NCBI GenBank assembly: GCA_963845145.1
Contig: CAWJQU010000017.1
Coordinates: 32,001-96,000, forward strand
From: an uncultured delta proteobacterium
Lineage (GTDB): Bacteria; Desulfobacterota; Desulfobacteria; Desulfobacterales; QNYZ01
DNA length: 64,000 nt
Direction of reading: 5' to 3'
Shown here: positions 22,527 through 32,386 of the stretch, piece after piece
Position numbering within the stretch: the first letter of the stretch is position 1
Layout of the letters: every line of letters begins with the position of its first letter
Position numbers and translations under genes: made by a program
Notes under the pieces: generated by a model
Databases searched by the model: none
The model's input: only the letters and a program-made list of their open reading frames with translations
Told to the model about the DNA's origin: nothing

Positions 22527-23048
22527 ATGAGCAAAACAACTGAGAATTTGAAAGCCGCTTTCGCCGGTGAATCCCAAGCCCGAAACAAGTACACTTTTTT
22601 TGCCGAAATCGCCCGTAAGGAAGGTTACATGTACCTTGCGAAAATATTTGAAGAGACCGCTGACAATGAACGGCAACATGCCAAGGACCATTTGCTCTTA
22701 TTGGACGGTCTGGGTGACACGGTGGCCAATCTCAAAGCGGCCATCGGTGGCGAAGATTATGAGGTACAGAGCATGTATCCCCAGATGACCAAGGAGGCTG
22801 AAGAAGAGGGCAATAAAAAGGCTGCCAAGGCCTTCAAACAGGTCGCAAAAATCGAGGCTCACCATAGGGACCGTTACAAGAAACTGCTGGCCATGGTTGA
22901 GGCTGGAACGGTTTATAAACGCGACGAACCGATTAAATGGAAATGCAGTGTGTGCGGTTATATCGTTGAAGGCAAGGAACCTCCCAAAAAATGTCCTTCA
23001 TGCGAATACCCCCAAAAATTCTATGAACCCGCGAATTTGGATGTGTAG
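22527..23048 (+). CDS. rbr: Rubrerythrin
   Basis: AFAGESQARNKY, EETADNERQHA, EAHH, CSVCG and CPSC rubredoxin-like tail. Confidence 0.92.
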   Translation: MSKTTENLKAAFAGESQARNKYTFFAEIARKEGYMYLAKIFEETADNERQHAKDHLLLLDGLGDTVANLKAAIGGEDYEVQSMYPQMTKEAEEEGNKKAAKAFKQVAKIEAHHRDRYKKLLAMVEAGTVYKRDEPIKWKCSVCGYIVEGKEPPKKCPSCEYPQKFYEPANLDV

Positions 23049-23053
23049 AATAT

Positions 23054-23255
23054 AAGGCAACCACGAGGGAATGCGCCTCGAAATATTGCCAATAGCTAAA
23101 CCATTCCGATACCGTCGGGGTGCCCCTGGCGGGTACCCCAACGCGGTGGATTCATCGAATCAAACCCGCGCGGAACGTAAGGGCAACCACAAGGGATGCC
23201 CCTACGATACATCGCCAATACCCCAAAAAATTACACTTCTGTAGCGTTAGCCCAT
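23054..23255. repeat. Cluster of degenerate REP-like palindromes
   Basis: GGCAACCACGAGGGGAATGCGCC, GTCGGGGTGCCCCTGGCGGGTACCCC and GGGCAACCACAAGGGATGCCCCTAC; two copies followed by similar ...GCCAATA... spacers. Confidence 0.6.
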
Positions 23256-23353
23256 ATTTGAGGTCGAGGGTCAGACTGTGATCTCAGGCTGATGACGCAC
23301 GGATTGTTCGACAGACGTTTTGTTGGAAATAGATAACGAATTTACGGATGTAT

Positions 23354-23991
23354 TTATCTGCTGTCGGTCAACGCCATTAAAAAGGCAACGATGTCATCCA
23401 CGCCCTGATCCGTCAGGCCGAGATTACCAATATCAGTGGTGTTTAAATTGTCTTCTACCTCCGGCAAGTCCCAGTTTTCAACGTCTCTTGTATTTTTGAA
23501 ATTGACGATATCTTTGAGGGTCGCAAAATAGCCGTTGTGGGAGTAGGGTGCCGAAAGGCCGACATTGCGAAGCGTGGGAACCTTGAATTTTCCATTCTGG
23601 GACGGGTCTCCCAGAAACCCGCCCAACCCAAGATCTACCGGGTTACCCGCCAGTAATGGGTTGACCGGCACACCGATGTCGGCATAGGTGTGGTTGGTAA
23701 ACAGTGGCCCCTTGCGGTCGGGTGTATCATTCATGGCATGACATTGGGCACAATTGGCTACAAAAAGATCCATACCCCTTTGCTCCTTTTCACTGAGTAG
23801 GTCTTGATCAAATCGTGACCTGAATTTCTGCACTTCTGAGGACCGTTCGTAGGCGGCAATTGCCCTGGCAATATTATCATAGGCTGCGTCGACATCGTCT
23901 AAGGCATCATCACCAAAGACCGTTTAAAAGAGGTGGGTGTAGTTGGAATTTAGAACCGCTTGATGGTACCGATCAACGTTTTTATTAGCAT
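23354..23991 (-). pseudogene. Diheme cytochrome c peroxidase/MauG-family remnant (C-terminal heme domain only)
   Basis: CAQCH, GKFKVPTLRNV..APY.HNG; in-frame TAA at 23924-23926; RBS+ATG at 23991 encodes only 13 aa; N-terminal heme domain absent. Confidence 0.8.
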
Positions 23992-24532
23992 CCGATATCT
24001 CCTTTTTGGCCAACTTTTGAGTAGTCGTTACAAAGCTTTATCCCGATGAAAATAATAGGGCCGGATGAAAAAGATGGGAATTGATTCAAATCCGGTCTCC
24101 TTTCGATACCACCCCCTTCCACCAAACAATCCAGATCGTCATGTACTTTCCATGTTTATCGTTAAAACGAATGGCTTGCTAAAAGGTTACAAAAAAAGGG
24201 GTATGGATACAATTTACTTCCAACCGAGTTTCGTCAGGGGTGATTTCGTTTTTATAAGAAAAGATTTCGGCGGTGGATGAGGTTTTATTGCTTACGGATG
24301 ACCTAACGAAGATTATCGCAGGACACGGGTTTATGGGAGATAAGGTCCAGCTAGGCGGAGGGCAACACCGGTTAGGCGGAAGTTGCCGCCAAGCCCCTGG
24401 CCGACCTTGATGCGAACTGGAAGAAAGGGCTCTTCACAGGAGATCGATGGATCGGGTTGATTTATTCCGGTGTTTAGACCTTGTATTCACTTTAAGCATT
24501 CATAAAAGATTACGCATCATTCCACAACAACT

Positions 24533-24553
24533 GGGGAGAGGGCCCCTCTCCCC
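24533..24553. terminator. GC-rich hairpin downstream of the small basic protein gene
   Basis: GGGGAGAGG-GCC-CCTCTCCCC. Confidence 0.5.
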
Positions 24554-24575
24554 ACATCCATATAAGGTATTGAAA

Positions 24576-24674
24576 TTATTTACTCTTTTTTTCCCGCTTT
24601 GCCTTCTTCTTCTCTTTGATGGATTTTTTGGGTGTTGTTCTATTGTCTTTTTTAGTATCTCTTCCTTTAGCCAT
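24576..24674 (-). CDS. 32-aa lysine-rich small protein
   Basis: MAKGRDTKKDNRTTPKKSIKEKKKAKREKKSK with GGAGGT RBS 6 nt upstream and a downstream hairpin. Confidence 0.65.
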   Translation of the reverse strand: MAKGRDTKKDNRTTPKKSIKEKKKAKREKKSK

Positions 24675-24814
24675 GTGCTTACCTCCTGGAAATTTAAAAA
24701 AAGATATATTTTCGACACATAGCATACGCCTTGGGCTTGAAAATGCAATATTTAAAACGAAAACTTGTTCTGTCTTACATTCTAATTGCCAAAGACTTAC
24801 GTCACCGTATGTCA

Positions 24815-26113
24815 CTATTTTTGTTTGGGATGCCCCAACCGTTGGCAGTAGGTTTCGCGGGTAAATATCAATAGCAATAACGATAGTGTTAGCCAGGCCA
24901 TCATCAGGCCGAAGCCGCTTTGATAAGCGTTTAGCGGATAGACACGCACGTCGGCAACAATTTCTCCCTGCCATTTAAGATCGAGCATCCAGCCGACAGC
25001 CGGTTGAAGGACCATGGGGCCTGTCATTACACCCATATTGATGACACCCGAAACCGTACCTGCCAGGTGGGCAGGCACCGACTCTTTCACATAGGCAAAG
25101 CTGATGATCATGGCGCCGGAGCAAAAACCGGTTATTAATAAAATAATGGTCCGAAGGCTAAAGGGGAGGTTGTCAATGTAAAGGCCGATGAGCCACCCGG
25201 TAAGGGTGAGGGCGCAACCGACGATATAGACCGGTTTGCGACGGCCGATGCGATCCGAAAGCCATCCGAAAAAGGGACCACCCACAGCCCAGGCCACTAG
25301 CACGGCTGAGGTTAATATTGCCGCTTTTTCAGGGGGCAACCCGTGGTGAGTGGTAAGGTAGGGCACACCCCAGAGTCCCGAAAAGGTGAGTACACAGCCG
25401 ACAATGCCGCCTGGTACAAAAAAAAGTAACGCAACATTAGGATAGGCAAAGGTACGAAAAATGCTGCCGAGAATCGATGTCAGTGATGGCTTGGCCAATG
25501 TTTGGGGCGGTGGGGTGAAATCGGCAAAGCCCTTCTGGTGGGGATAGTCCCGGACAAATAACCAGATAGCAAGGCCGATACCAAAAGTAACCAAGGCCGT
25601 GGCCAGGGTAACACTGCGCCAATTAAAGAAATTCACCAGAACCCGAAAAGGCGGTCCTGCGAAAACGGCGCCCACAATGCCGCTGAGTAAAGCCATTCCG
25701 GAAACCATGGCGTATTGTCGGGGCGGAAACCAGGAGTCTGCCACTTTCAACAATGCCACAAAAGCCACGGCCACGGACCCGCCAATCAAAAAACGCCCCC
25801 CATATGCCCAATGGATCGTCGGCGCTATTGCAAATAAGACCGTACCGAGGCCGGCTACAGCGGCACCTGCAGTCAGGAGTCGGCGGGGGCCGAGCGTATC
25901 GGCCAGGATGCCGGTGGGGATTTGCATGGCCACATAGCTGTAGAAATAGAAGGCCGATAAATTGCCGAGCGCTGTGGCGCTGATGTTGAAATCGCGCATC
26001 AATTCACTGGTCATAACCGCCGGCGCGACTCTTTGGAAAAAACCCATCAAATATAAGGCGGCGCCCAATGCCCATATACACCAGGCCAATTTCACGGGAG
26101 GTGAATTTTTCAT
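24815..26113 (-). CDS. MFS transporter
   Basis: About 12 hydrophobic segments; GILADTLGPRR and GWLSDRIGRRK MFS loop motifs. Confidence 0.9.
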   Translation of the reverse strand: MKNSPPVKLAWCIWALGAALYLMGFFQRVAPAVMTSELMRDFNISATALGNLSAFYFYSYVAMQIPTGILADTLGPRRLLTAGAAVAGLGTVLFAIAPTIHWAYGGRFLIGGSVAVAFVALLKVADSWFPPRQYAMVSGMALLSGIVGAVFAGPPFRVLVNFFNWRSVTLATALVTFGIGLAIWLFVRDYPHQKGFADFTPPPQTLAKPSLTSILGSIFRTFAYPNVALLFFVPGGIVGCVLTFSGLWGVPYLTTHHGLPPEKAAILTSAVLVAWAVGGPFFGWLSDRIGRRKPVYIVGCALTLTGWLIGLYIDNLPFSLRTIILLITGFCSGAMIISFAYVKESVPAHLAGTVSGVINMGVMTGPMVLQPAVGWMLDLKWQGEIVADVRVYPLNAYQSGFGLMMAWLTLSLLLLIFTRETYCQRLGHPKQK

Positions 26114-26211
26114 GGGTATTGCGACCTTACTTTTTTATAACCATGACGATGGTTTCCAGACAGACTTAAAAAAATAGAAATTTCTCGGACGGTGAACCTG
26201 ACCGTATGTTT

Positions 26212-27858
26212 CTATATCGTGTAAAGGACAACCAGGCATCGTGTTGTTTCATTGGACTTGCTCTTTAACTTATGCTGGGTGTCGGAATTGAAATGTATGG
26301 ACTCTCCAGGTTTGAGCAGGTGTACTTTGCTGCCCAGTCGGAACTCTAAAACCCCTTCCATGACAAAAATAAATTCTTCGCCTTCATGTTTATAGGCCAC
26401 AGGTTTGTGGACATGATGTGGCTCAATCGTGATCATAAACGCGCGCAAGTGGCTGTTTTCCGCTTCGGGTGTCAGGGTGGTGTAACTATACGCCCTGGTC
26501 CGGCGCTGATAAGCCTGGGTGCGCATATCCCGAATAGCGGCTTTTTCTTCTTTGCGTAGAAAGGTTCCCGGGTCTACCTGCATGGCCTGGGCCATTCGCA
26601 TGATAAAACTTACCGGTGGTGAGAGTACTTCATTTTCAACCTGTTCGATGAAATCCGGCGTTTGGGCCGTGGCTTGAGCCAAGGCATTCACGGACCAGTT
26701 GCGTGCCTCTCGCAACCGGCGCACGAGATCACCAAAGCCACCCCGGGATATCGTCTCTGTATCGTCCATGGTGCAGGTTGCATCTGCCAGACGGCGCATG
26801 GCTGATTGTTTGGCGCGCTGAGCCAACAGGGGGATAATGTCGGCGGCATCGGCCACAATTCCGATATCCGCCCATTGAAAGATCGGAGCCTTGGGATCAC
26901 GGTTGATCGCCACGATGGTTTGGGCATCGGTGATGCCGGCCGTGTACTGCACGGCGCCGGAGGTGCCGACTGTAATCAACAGTTTGGGATGTATGGTTTT
27001 ACCCGTCTGACCGATGAGACGGTTTTCATCCACCCAATGGCTCAGGATCGGTGGCCGGGTCGCTCCCACCTCACCGCCTAATGCCGCAGCGAGTTCGCGT
27101 ATCCGTCCGAACCCACGGATATCACCCATGCCGGCGCCGCCCACCACCACGGTATCGGCTTCCTCAAGGCGACGGGATTCCATAGGCTCGATGGTGCGTT
27201 TAATAAGTTCTAAACCTGTAGTTTGCGGTGAATTATCCAGGTGGACCACGTCTATAGGACAGGGCTCCAAACAGCCTTCCGTGACTTTGACCCCGTGGGG
27301 TTGAATGGTAGCAAAAGCCGTTGTCCATCCATCTGCAAGGGAGATGTCAGCCAGAATTTGCCCTCCCCAGGCTGGGCAACGGCCGACAATCCGGCCGTCT
27401 TGCAGCGTCAAGTCGGCACAGTCGGCAATCATCCCGGCCTGGCAATACTGGGCACCGAAGGCGGCGGTTTCACGGCCGAAGTCATTTAAAGCAAACAATA
27501 CCAACCAGGGGTGGTAAGTCTCGACGAGATCGGCGGTGATGCGAGCACAGACGAAAGGTGTCGGAAATTGCAGTTTGGGATGGGAAACATAAAGGATTGA
27601 CTGAAAGCCCGCCTTACGGGCACTTTCCATAGCTTCTGCCGAGGAGTAGCAGGCGGTGTCAACTGTATCGTGATTTCCATCGATCGGGAGTACCGGGTCT
27701 AACGGCTTTAAATCTTCGGGAGCCCCCACAAGAAGCAAAACCATGGGAACATGGGCTGCTTCAGCGATGGGTTTGGCCTTGGCTGCTACGATTAAACTTT
27801 TTTCCCAGTGGGCAGCGTTACGCCGGTCGCCAAATATCCAGATAGGGCGTGCTGTCAT
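26212..27858 (-). CDS. Electron transfer flavoprotein alpha subunit fused to XRE-HTH and cupin domains
   Basis: EtfA motifs GGAGMG, VGATRP, IGQTGKT.HPKL, SGAVQY, AINRDPKAPIF; then LVRRLREARNWSVNALAQ (HTH) and HEGEEF...PGESIHFNSDTQH (cupin) in one frame. Confidence 0.85.
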   Translation of the reverse strand: MTARPIWIFGDRRNAAHWEKSLIVAAKAKPIAEAAHVPMVLLLVGAPEDLKPLDPVLPIDGNHDTVDTACYSSAEAMESARKAGFQSILYVSHPKLQFPTPFVCARITADLVETYHPWLVLFALNDFGRETAAFGAQYCQAGMIADCADLTLQDGRIVGRCPAWGGQILADISLADGWTTAFATIQPHGVKVTEGCLEPCPIDVVHLDNSPQTTGLELIKRTIEPMESRRLEEADTVVVGGAGMGDIRGFGRIRELAAALGGEVGATRPPILSHWVDENRLIGQTGKTIHPKLLITVGTSGAVQYTAGITDAQTIVAINRDPKAPIFQWADIGIVADAADIIPLLAQRAKQSAMRRLADATCTMDDTETISRGGFGDLVRRLREARNWSVNALAQATAQTPDFIEQVENEVLSPPVSFIMRMAQAMQVDPGTFLRKEEKAAIRDMRTQAYQRRTRAYSYTTLTPEAENSHLRAFMITIEPHHVHKPVAYKHEGEEFIFVMEGVLEFRLGSKVHLLKPGESIHFNSDTQHKLKSKSNETTRCLVVLYTI

Positions 27859-28628
27859 GATGCCATTTTTCCCATGTTGATGAGCCGATCAGTCAAAGCT
27901 GCTACCTGTTCATTGCAATCGCCTTCCAGCATCTCGCAGCGACGTTTTCGCTTTATTTTATGCAGTGCGGAAACACGGGTAGGCGATCCCTCCAATCCAA
28001 CATTCTCTGGTGACAGGTCCAGATCGGATAACCCCCACGTTTCAATGGTGGGGTGATCGTAAACTCGGGCAATCCCTTCCAGGCCCACATGCCGGGGTGA
28101 ATACGCCCTGGGGTGGATCGTCATTATAGCTGGAGCGTTTACCTGCCATGTCTCTTGCCATTCGTCCATGACCCTATGGACCTGCCAGCCGTCCTTATGC
28201 TGCTCAATTTTTTTTGCACCGCTGATGAAGGGCACATCCAGCAACGCGGCTGTTTGGGGGCCAACCTGCCCTGTATCACTATCCGTTGTGCGTACACCAA
28301 AAAAAACAAAATGATACGGTGTCAATTTGGAAAGAGTGGCGGCCAGTACGCGTGCAGTGATCAGCGTATCTGATCCCGCCAGGGCCGGCTCGCTCACCAG
28401 GATGGCCCGATCTGCACCCATGGCCTGGGCCTCGGCCAATATGAGCGACCCCACGGGGGGTCCCATGGTCACGGCGGTGACAGCGCCACCCCACTTATCT
28501 TTAAGTTGCAATGCCGCTTCCAGAACGGGACGGTCAAAAACGTTGAGTTCGCTGTTATCGCGTGTTCGCTTGACTTCGCCAACCGGTACCGTACGCAACA
28601 CGGATTTAATACAGACGATGATGTGCAT
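27855..28628 (-). CDS. etfB: Electron transfer flavoprotein beta subunit
   Basis: IIVCIK, TMGPP, GSDTLIT, DSDTGQVG, GLEGSPTRV. Confidence 0.9.
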   Translation of the reverse strand: MHIIVCIKSVLRTVPVGEVKRTRDNSELNVFDRPVLEAALQLKDKWGGAVTAVTMGPPVGSLILAEAQAMGADRAILVSEPALAGSDTLITARVLAATLSKLTPYHFVFFGVRTTDSDTGQVGPQTAALLDVPFISGAKKIEQHKDGWQVHRVMDEWQETWQVNAPAIMTIHPRAYSPRHVGLEGIARVYDHPTIETWGLSDLDLSPENVGLEGSPTRVSALHKIKRKRRCEMLEGDCNEQVAALTDRLINMGKMAS

Positions 28629-28725
28629 GGTTTGGTATTCCCATTCGATGCGTCTTTGCTATCAGAAGGCCCTTTACGAATGACGACCTATAAGGTATTC
28701 GGGCTCCGACGGTTCGCAAATGTGC

Positions 28726-29880
28726 TTATGTTTCCTGAAGTACTTCTCTGGCAATGACCATTCGATGTACTTCACTGGTCCCTTCGTAAATACGTGTTAC
28801 CCTTGCATCGCGGTAAAAGCGCTCAACAGCGTAGGATTTGGAATACCCATAGCCCCCGTGTATCTGCACAGCCAGATCAGCCACCTTGCATGCGGCCTCG
28901 GCGGCAAATAGCTTGGCTTGGGCAGCCGCTTTGCTCACCGGCGCATTTTGATCCTTTAGCCAGGCGGCGCGATACACCATCATGCGGGCTGCATCCACCT
29001 GGGTCGCCATATCCGCAATCATCATCTGTATCGCCTGGTGTCGCGCAATGGGGACGGAGAACTGCTGCCGTTGTTTGGCATATTGCAGGGCCTCTTCCAA
29101 AGCGCCCTGGGCAATACCCACGGCTTGGGCCCCAATGCCGATACGTCCCGTATCCAAAGCGGCCAGGCCGATGCCCAAGCCCTGGCCGGCCCGTCCCAGC
29201 AGATTGTCGGCAGGCAGGCGGCAATCATAAAGCCGGATGGAGGTGACCGGGTTGGCGCGCATACCGCATAAGTCTTCTAAGTCGCCCACAACAAACCCAG
29301 GCGTGCCCCGTTCGGCAACCACGACACTGATGCCGCGACTGCCGGCCTCAGGGTCTGTGCGGGCAAATATCAAGCAGATGTCAGCAATACCGCCATTGGT
29401 AACAAAGACTTTATTGGCGTTGACCAGCCATGCATCCCCATCTGCCAGGGCGGTGGCTGTAATGCTGGCGGCATCGGAACCGGCATTGGGCTCGGTCAGG
29501 CAGAATGCTCCGATTTTTTCCCCTTTGGCCAGGGGCGCGGCCCAGCGTTGCTGTTGCTCAGGTGTCCCGAAAGCCAGGATGGGGTAAAGTGCGACGCTGT
29601 TGTGTACGCTGATGCAAAGCCCCATGGCCGCACAGACTCGTGAAACCTCTTCAATGGTGATGGCATAGCTGATGGCGTCAAGCCCGGCACCGCCTAAATC
29701 TTGCGGGGCCTGAATGCCGAAATAGCCCAAGCCGGCCATTTTTTCAGCCACCTCCCATGGAAATCGTGCCTCCTTGTCTATCTCGGATGCAATGGGTCGT
29801 AGCTCCAGTTCGCAGAATGCACGCACACTGCGACGGAGAACATCATGTTTGTCGGTAATAAAAGGTTCTGCCATCGTCAT
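28726..29880 (-). CDS. Acyl-CoA dehydrogenase (short/branched-chain type)
   Basis: GAFCLTEPNAGSD, GRIGIGAQAVGIA, QIHGGYGY, RIYEGTSE. Confidence 0.92.
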   Translation of the reverse strand: MTMAEPFITDKHDVLRRSVRAFCELELRPIASEIDKEARFPWEVAEKMAGLGYFGIQAPQDLGGAGLDAISYAITIEEVSRVCAAMGLCISVHNSVALYPILAFGTPEQQQRWAAPLAKGEKIGAFCLTEPNAGSDAASITATALADGDAWLVNANKVFVTNGGIADICLIFARTDPEAGSRGISVVVAERGTPGFVVGDLEDLCGMRANPVTSIRLYDCRLPADNLLGRAGQGLGIGLAALDTGRIGIGAQAVGIAQGALEEALQYAKQRQQFSVPIARHQAIQMMIADMATQVDAARMMVYRAAWLKDQNAPVSKAAAQAKLFAAEAACKVADLAVQIHGGYGYSKSYAVERFYRDARVTRIYEGTSEVHRMVIAREVLQET

Positions 29881-30027
29881 TTGCCTCAACCCGATCTTAG
29901 AGCGGCCCCACTTTTTTTTGGGTGACCATACCTCTACAGGCACCCAATGTAAATGGTCGTTTTGCTTGTTGCAAGCACAAGTATATGATATTATTATGCG
30001 TCTAAACCAAATATGGAGGTAGCACCA

Positions 30028-30399
30028 GTGAAGTTATTTTTGTATATCATCAGTCTGTTGTGGATCGCGGCCGGTGCCGGTTACATTCTCTATACCCAAC
30101 AGCTCCGGGAGGTGGCCGGCAACCTGATCAAGGGTGCCAATGAGAAACTCATCGCCGGTTTGGCGGTTCTATTTGGGGTTGTGTTTATATTCGGTGCATC
30201 CCATACCCGTCATAGCGGATTTATTGTTTTTTTAGGAATGATCGCACTCGCCAAAGGCGTGTTTATCTTTTTTGACCCCAAAGGGTACTGGCAAAAAATC
30301 AAAACCTGGTATATCGACGAAGCCTCGGACCAAACCTTTCGGCTGTTTGGGATTATTGCCTTAATATTGGGGACGGCTTTATTCTCGTGGATTTCCTAG
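30028..30399 (+). CDS. Small membrane protein (about 4 TM helices)
   Basis: Hydrophobic ORF with GGAGGT RBS. Confidence 0.6.
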   Translation: MKLFLYIISLLWIAAGAGYILYTQQLREVAGNLIKGANEKLIAGLAVLFGVVFIFGASHTRHSGFIVFLGMIALAKGVFIFFDPKGYWQKIKTWYIDEASDQTFRLFGIIALILGTALFSWIS

Positions 30400-31233
30400 G
30401 TCTCTTTTTTGAACTGAATTCCGTCCGGCATTATTTCGATCTTACCCGTTTTGTATAATCGGCCAATGGCCCGCTTGAATTCTTTTTTGCTCAAGGAAAA
30501 GGTTTTTTTAATCAGGGGGGGAGGGCTTTTGTCATGACAGGGGATGAAGCCGCCGGCACTTTTTAAAACGGTCAAGATCTTTTGGCCGGAGTCACCCATG
30601 GACCGATAGCCGGGTTGTTTGAGGGCAAGATCGATTTTACCATCATCACGAATCTGATTGATATAAGCGGTCCGGCGATCACCCACATCCAGTTGCTCAA
30701 AGGTCTGATTTTTATAGAGCATCGCCGAGTACATGTCGTCTACTACGGCGAGGTATCCGACTTTGGTGCTTTTGTAGATTAGCACGTCCACTTGTTGACC
30801 CACCTTGAGGTCAACGGGTGCCGTGGTGCAGCTGGAGGTTATTTTTGTGGTACCATAAACGCGATTCGTCCGCTGATCCAGGCACACCTTGACGACGTAA
30901 TTCTTCCCTATTTGCATGCCGGGTTGTTGCTCCCTTTTCGGCACTAGCAGATCCTTTTCCAATCCCCAGTCCATGAATGCGCCGAAGGAGGCCCGGTCTT
31001 TCATCTCCAGAAATGCGCACTGGCCCGACCACTGCTTTGGGCGTTTTGGTCGTGGCTACCGGCCGGTCTTCAGAGTCGGTATAGACAAACACCCGCAGCA
31101 TATCTCCGGGTTGGGTTAGGTCGGGCGCATATTTAAGAGGCAGCAGGACTTCATCCGGTTTGGGATTCAGGTAAAATCCGAAATCAACCTGTCGTTCGAC
31201 CATAAGCACGTTATACGATCCGATGTTTAGCAT
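30396..31233 (-). pseudogene. CvfB-family S1 RNA-binding protein, frameshifted
   Basis: N-part FVYTDSEDRPVATT and C-part FGAFMDWGL.KDLLVP...SKKEFKRAIGRLYK lie in different frames; removing one base at 31024-31026 restores ...VVGQCAFLEMKD... Confidence 0.85.
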
Positions 31234-31505
31234 GATGGCTTTCTTGTTTGTTATTTCCGAAAGGGTCTCTATCTTTTACTGAAACTGTATCGTATTGTCT
31301 ATTGCTAATGCCGATCTATTGAATCAAATGTATGGCAAATTCGTAGATCACCCAATGTCGTTATGGATGCTTGCCGGAGAGACGTAACAATTTTAAAACA
31401 CTTGACCGGGCGGTTCCTTTCCTTATGTTAGTGCCATTGTAAGGGTAACCGGTGATTCTAAGTGATTGACTTGAATATTTGGACATTTCGAAAAGGGGTA
31501 TCAAT

Positions 31506-31853
31506 ATGCGGTATCGAATAATCGTTTTTGGCGTGCTTATGACCTTTATCGTTCTGATCTCTAGTTGCACCCAAGAGACGCAGAATCAACTGGGCCGTTC
31601 CATTCAGAACTGGACCGGTACAAATGGGATTTTGGAGATTTATGCCGGGGACAAACTGGTTCGGCGATTTGTAAAAGTCGACAAACTATCCACGGCCTAT
31701 GGTACTTCGGACAGCAGTCCCCGGCCCTACCGTTATGGATATGGTTACGCCGATGTGAATCTGAACATGGTCAAGGATGCCGGGGAGAAGAAGGTCTATT
31801 TTGAATTTAGCGATTACTCCACCAGTTATATCTTTTTTGAGGATCCGAGTTAG
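31506..31853 (+). CDS. Hypothetical lipoprotein
   Basis: Signal peptide with lipobox LISSC. Confidence 0.65.
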   Translation: MRYRIIVFGVLMTFIVLISSCTQETQNQLGRSIQNWTGTNGILEIYAGDKLVRRFVKVDKLSTAYGTSDSSPRPYRYGYGYADVNLNMVKDAGEKKVYFEFSDYSTSYIFFEDPS

Positions 31854-31867
31854 CCGGTTATTCGGTT

Positions 31868-32386
31868 CTAAAACTCAAATCGCACAATGGCGCCCAGAGT
31901 GATGGTGTCGGTATCGATATCCCCTTTAATTTTATCAAAATCCCACTGTTCGAAACGATAGTTGGCATGAAGGTCGAGAAAGATTGAGGGCAGAACCTCA
32001 AAATCGAATCCGGCGCGCAAGGCAAAAAAGGGTTTGTCGGCCAGGTCGCCGTCGGAATAGTTGATCCCAAGACCTACGCCACCATACAATCCCAATCCGA
32101 CGAGAAAAAAGGCCTGAGGCGAAAAGACGGTTTCACTCGAACCCGCGTAGCCTTCATCCAGGAATTCAAGGTCGGCCTCAATGGTGAAAAATTGGGCCAT
32201 GCGATACTGGTAGGAAAGGACAATGCCCAGGCCGTTTTCGTCCACATCATCTTCATCGATATCATCTAAGGCGATCCAATAATGGATGCCGCCTCCGATA
32301 CGATGATCGCCTTGCGCCCAGGTGTGAGAAAAAAGAGACAGGACCAGGCCACAACTGATTGCAATAATAAGAATACTTTTCCGCAT
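31868..32386 (-). CDS. Small outer-membrane beta-barrel protein
   Basis: Signal peptide, alternating beta-strand pattern, C-terminal ...VRFEF. Confidence 0.75.
   Translation of the reverse strand: MRKSILIIAISCGLVLSLFSHTWAQGDHRIGGGIHYWIALDDIDEDDVDENGLGIVLSYQYRMAQFFTIEADLEFLDEGYAGSSETVFSPQAFFLVGLGLYGGVGLGINYSDGDLADKPFFALRAGFDFEVLPSIFLDLHANYRFEQWDFDKIKGDIDTDTITLGAIVRFEF

Noticed and set aside
24065..24280. 71-aa ORF and other short ORFs in the 24.0-24.9 kb gap
   Set aside because: No recognisable motifs or convincing RBS; probably spurious, apart from the 32-aa basic peptide.
28726..29880. Acyl-CoA dehydrogenase as the glutaryl-CoA dehydrogenase of the nicotinate route
   Set aside because: It is about 27 kb from the cluster and its motifs look like a generic short-chain enzyme; nothing in the sequence links them.
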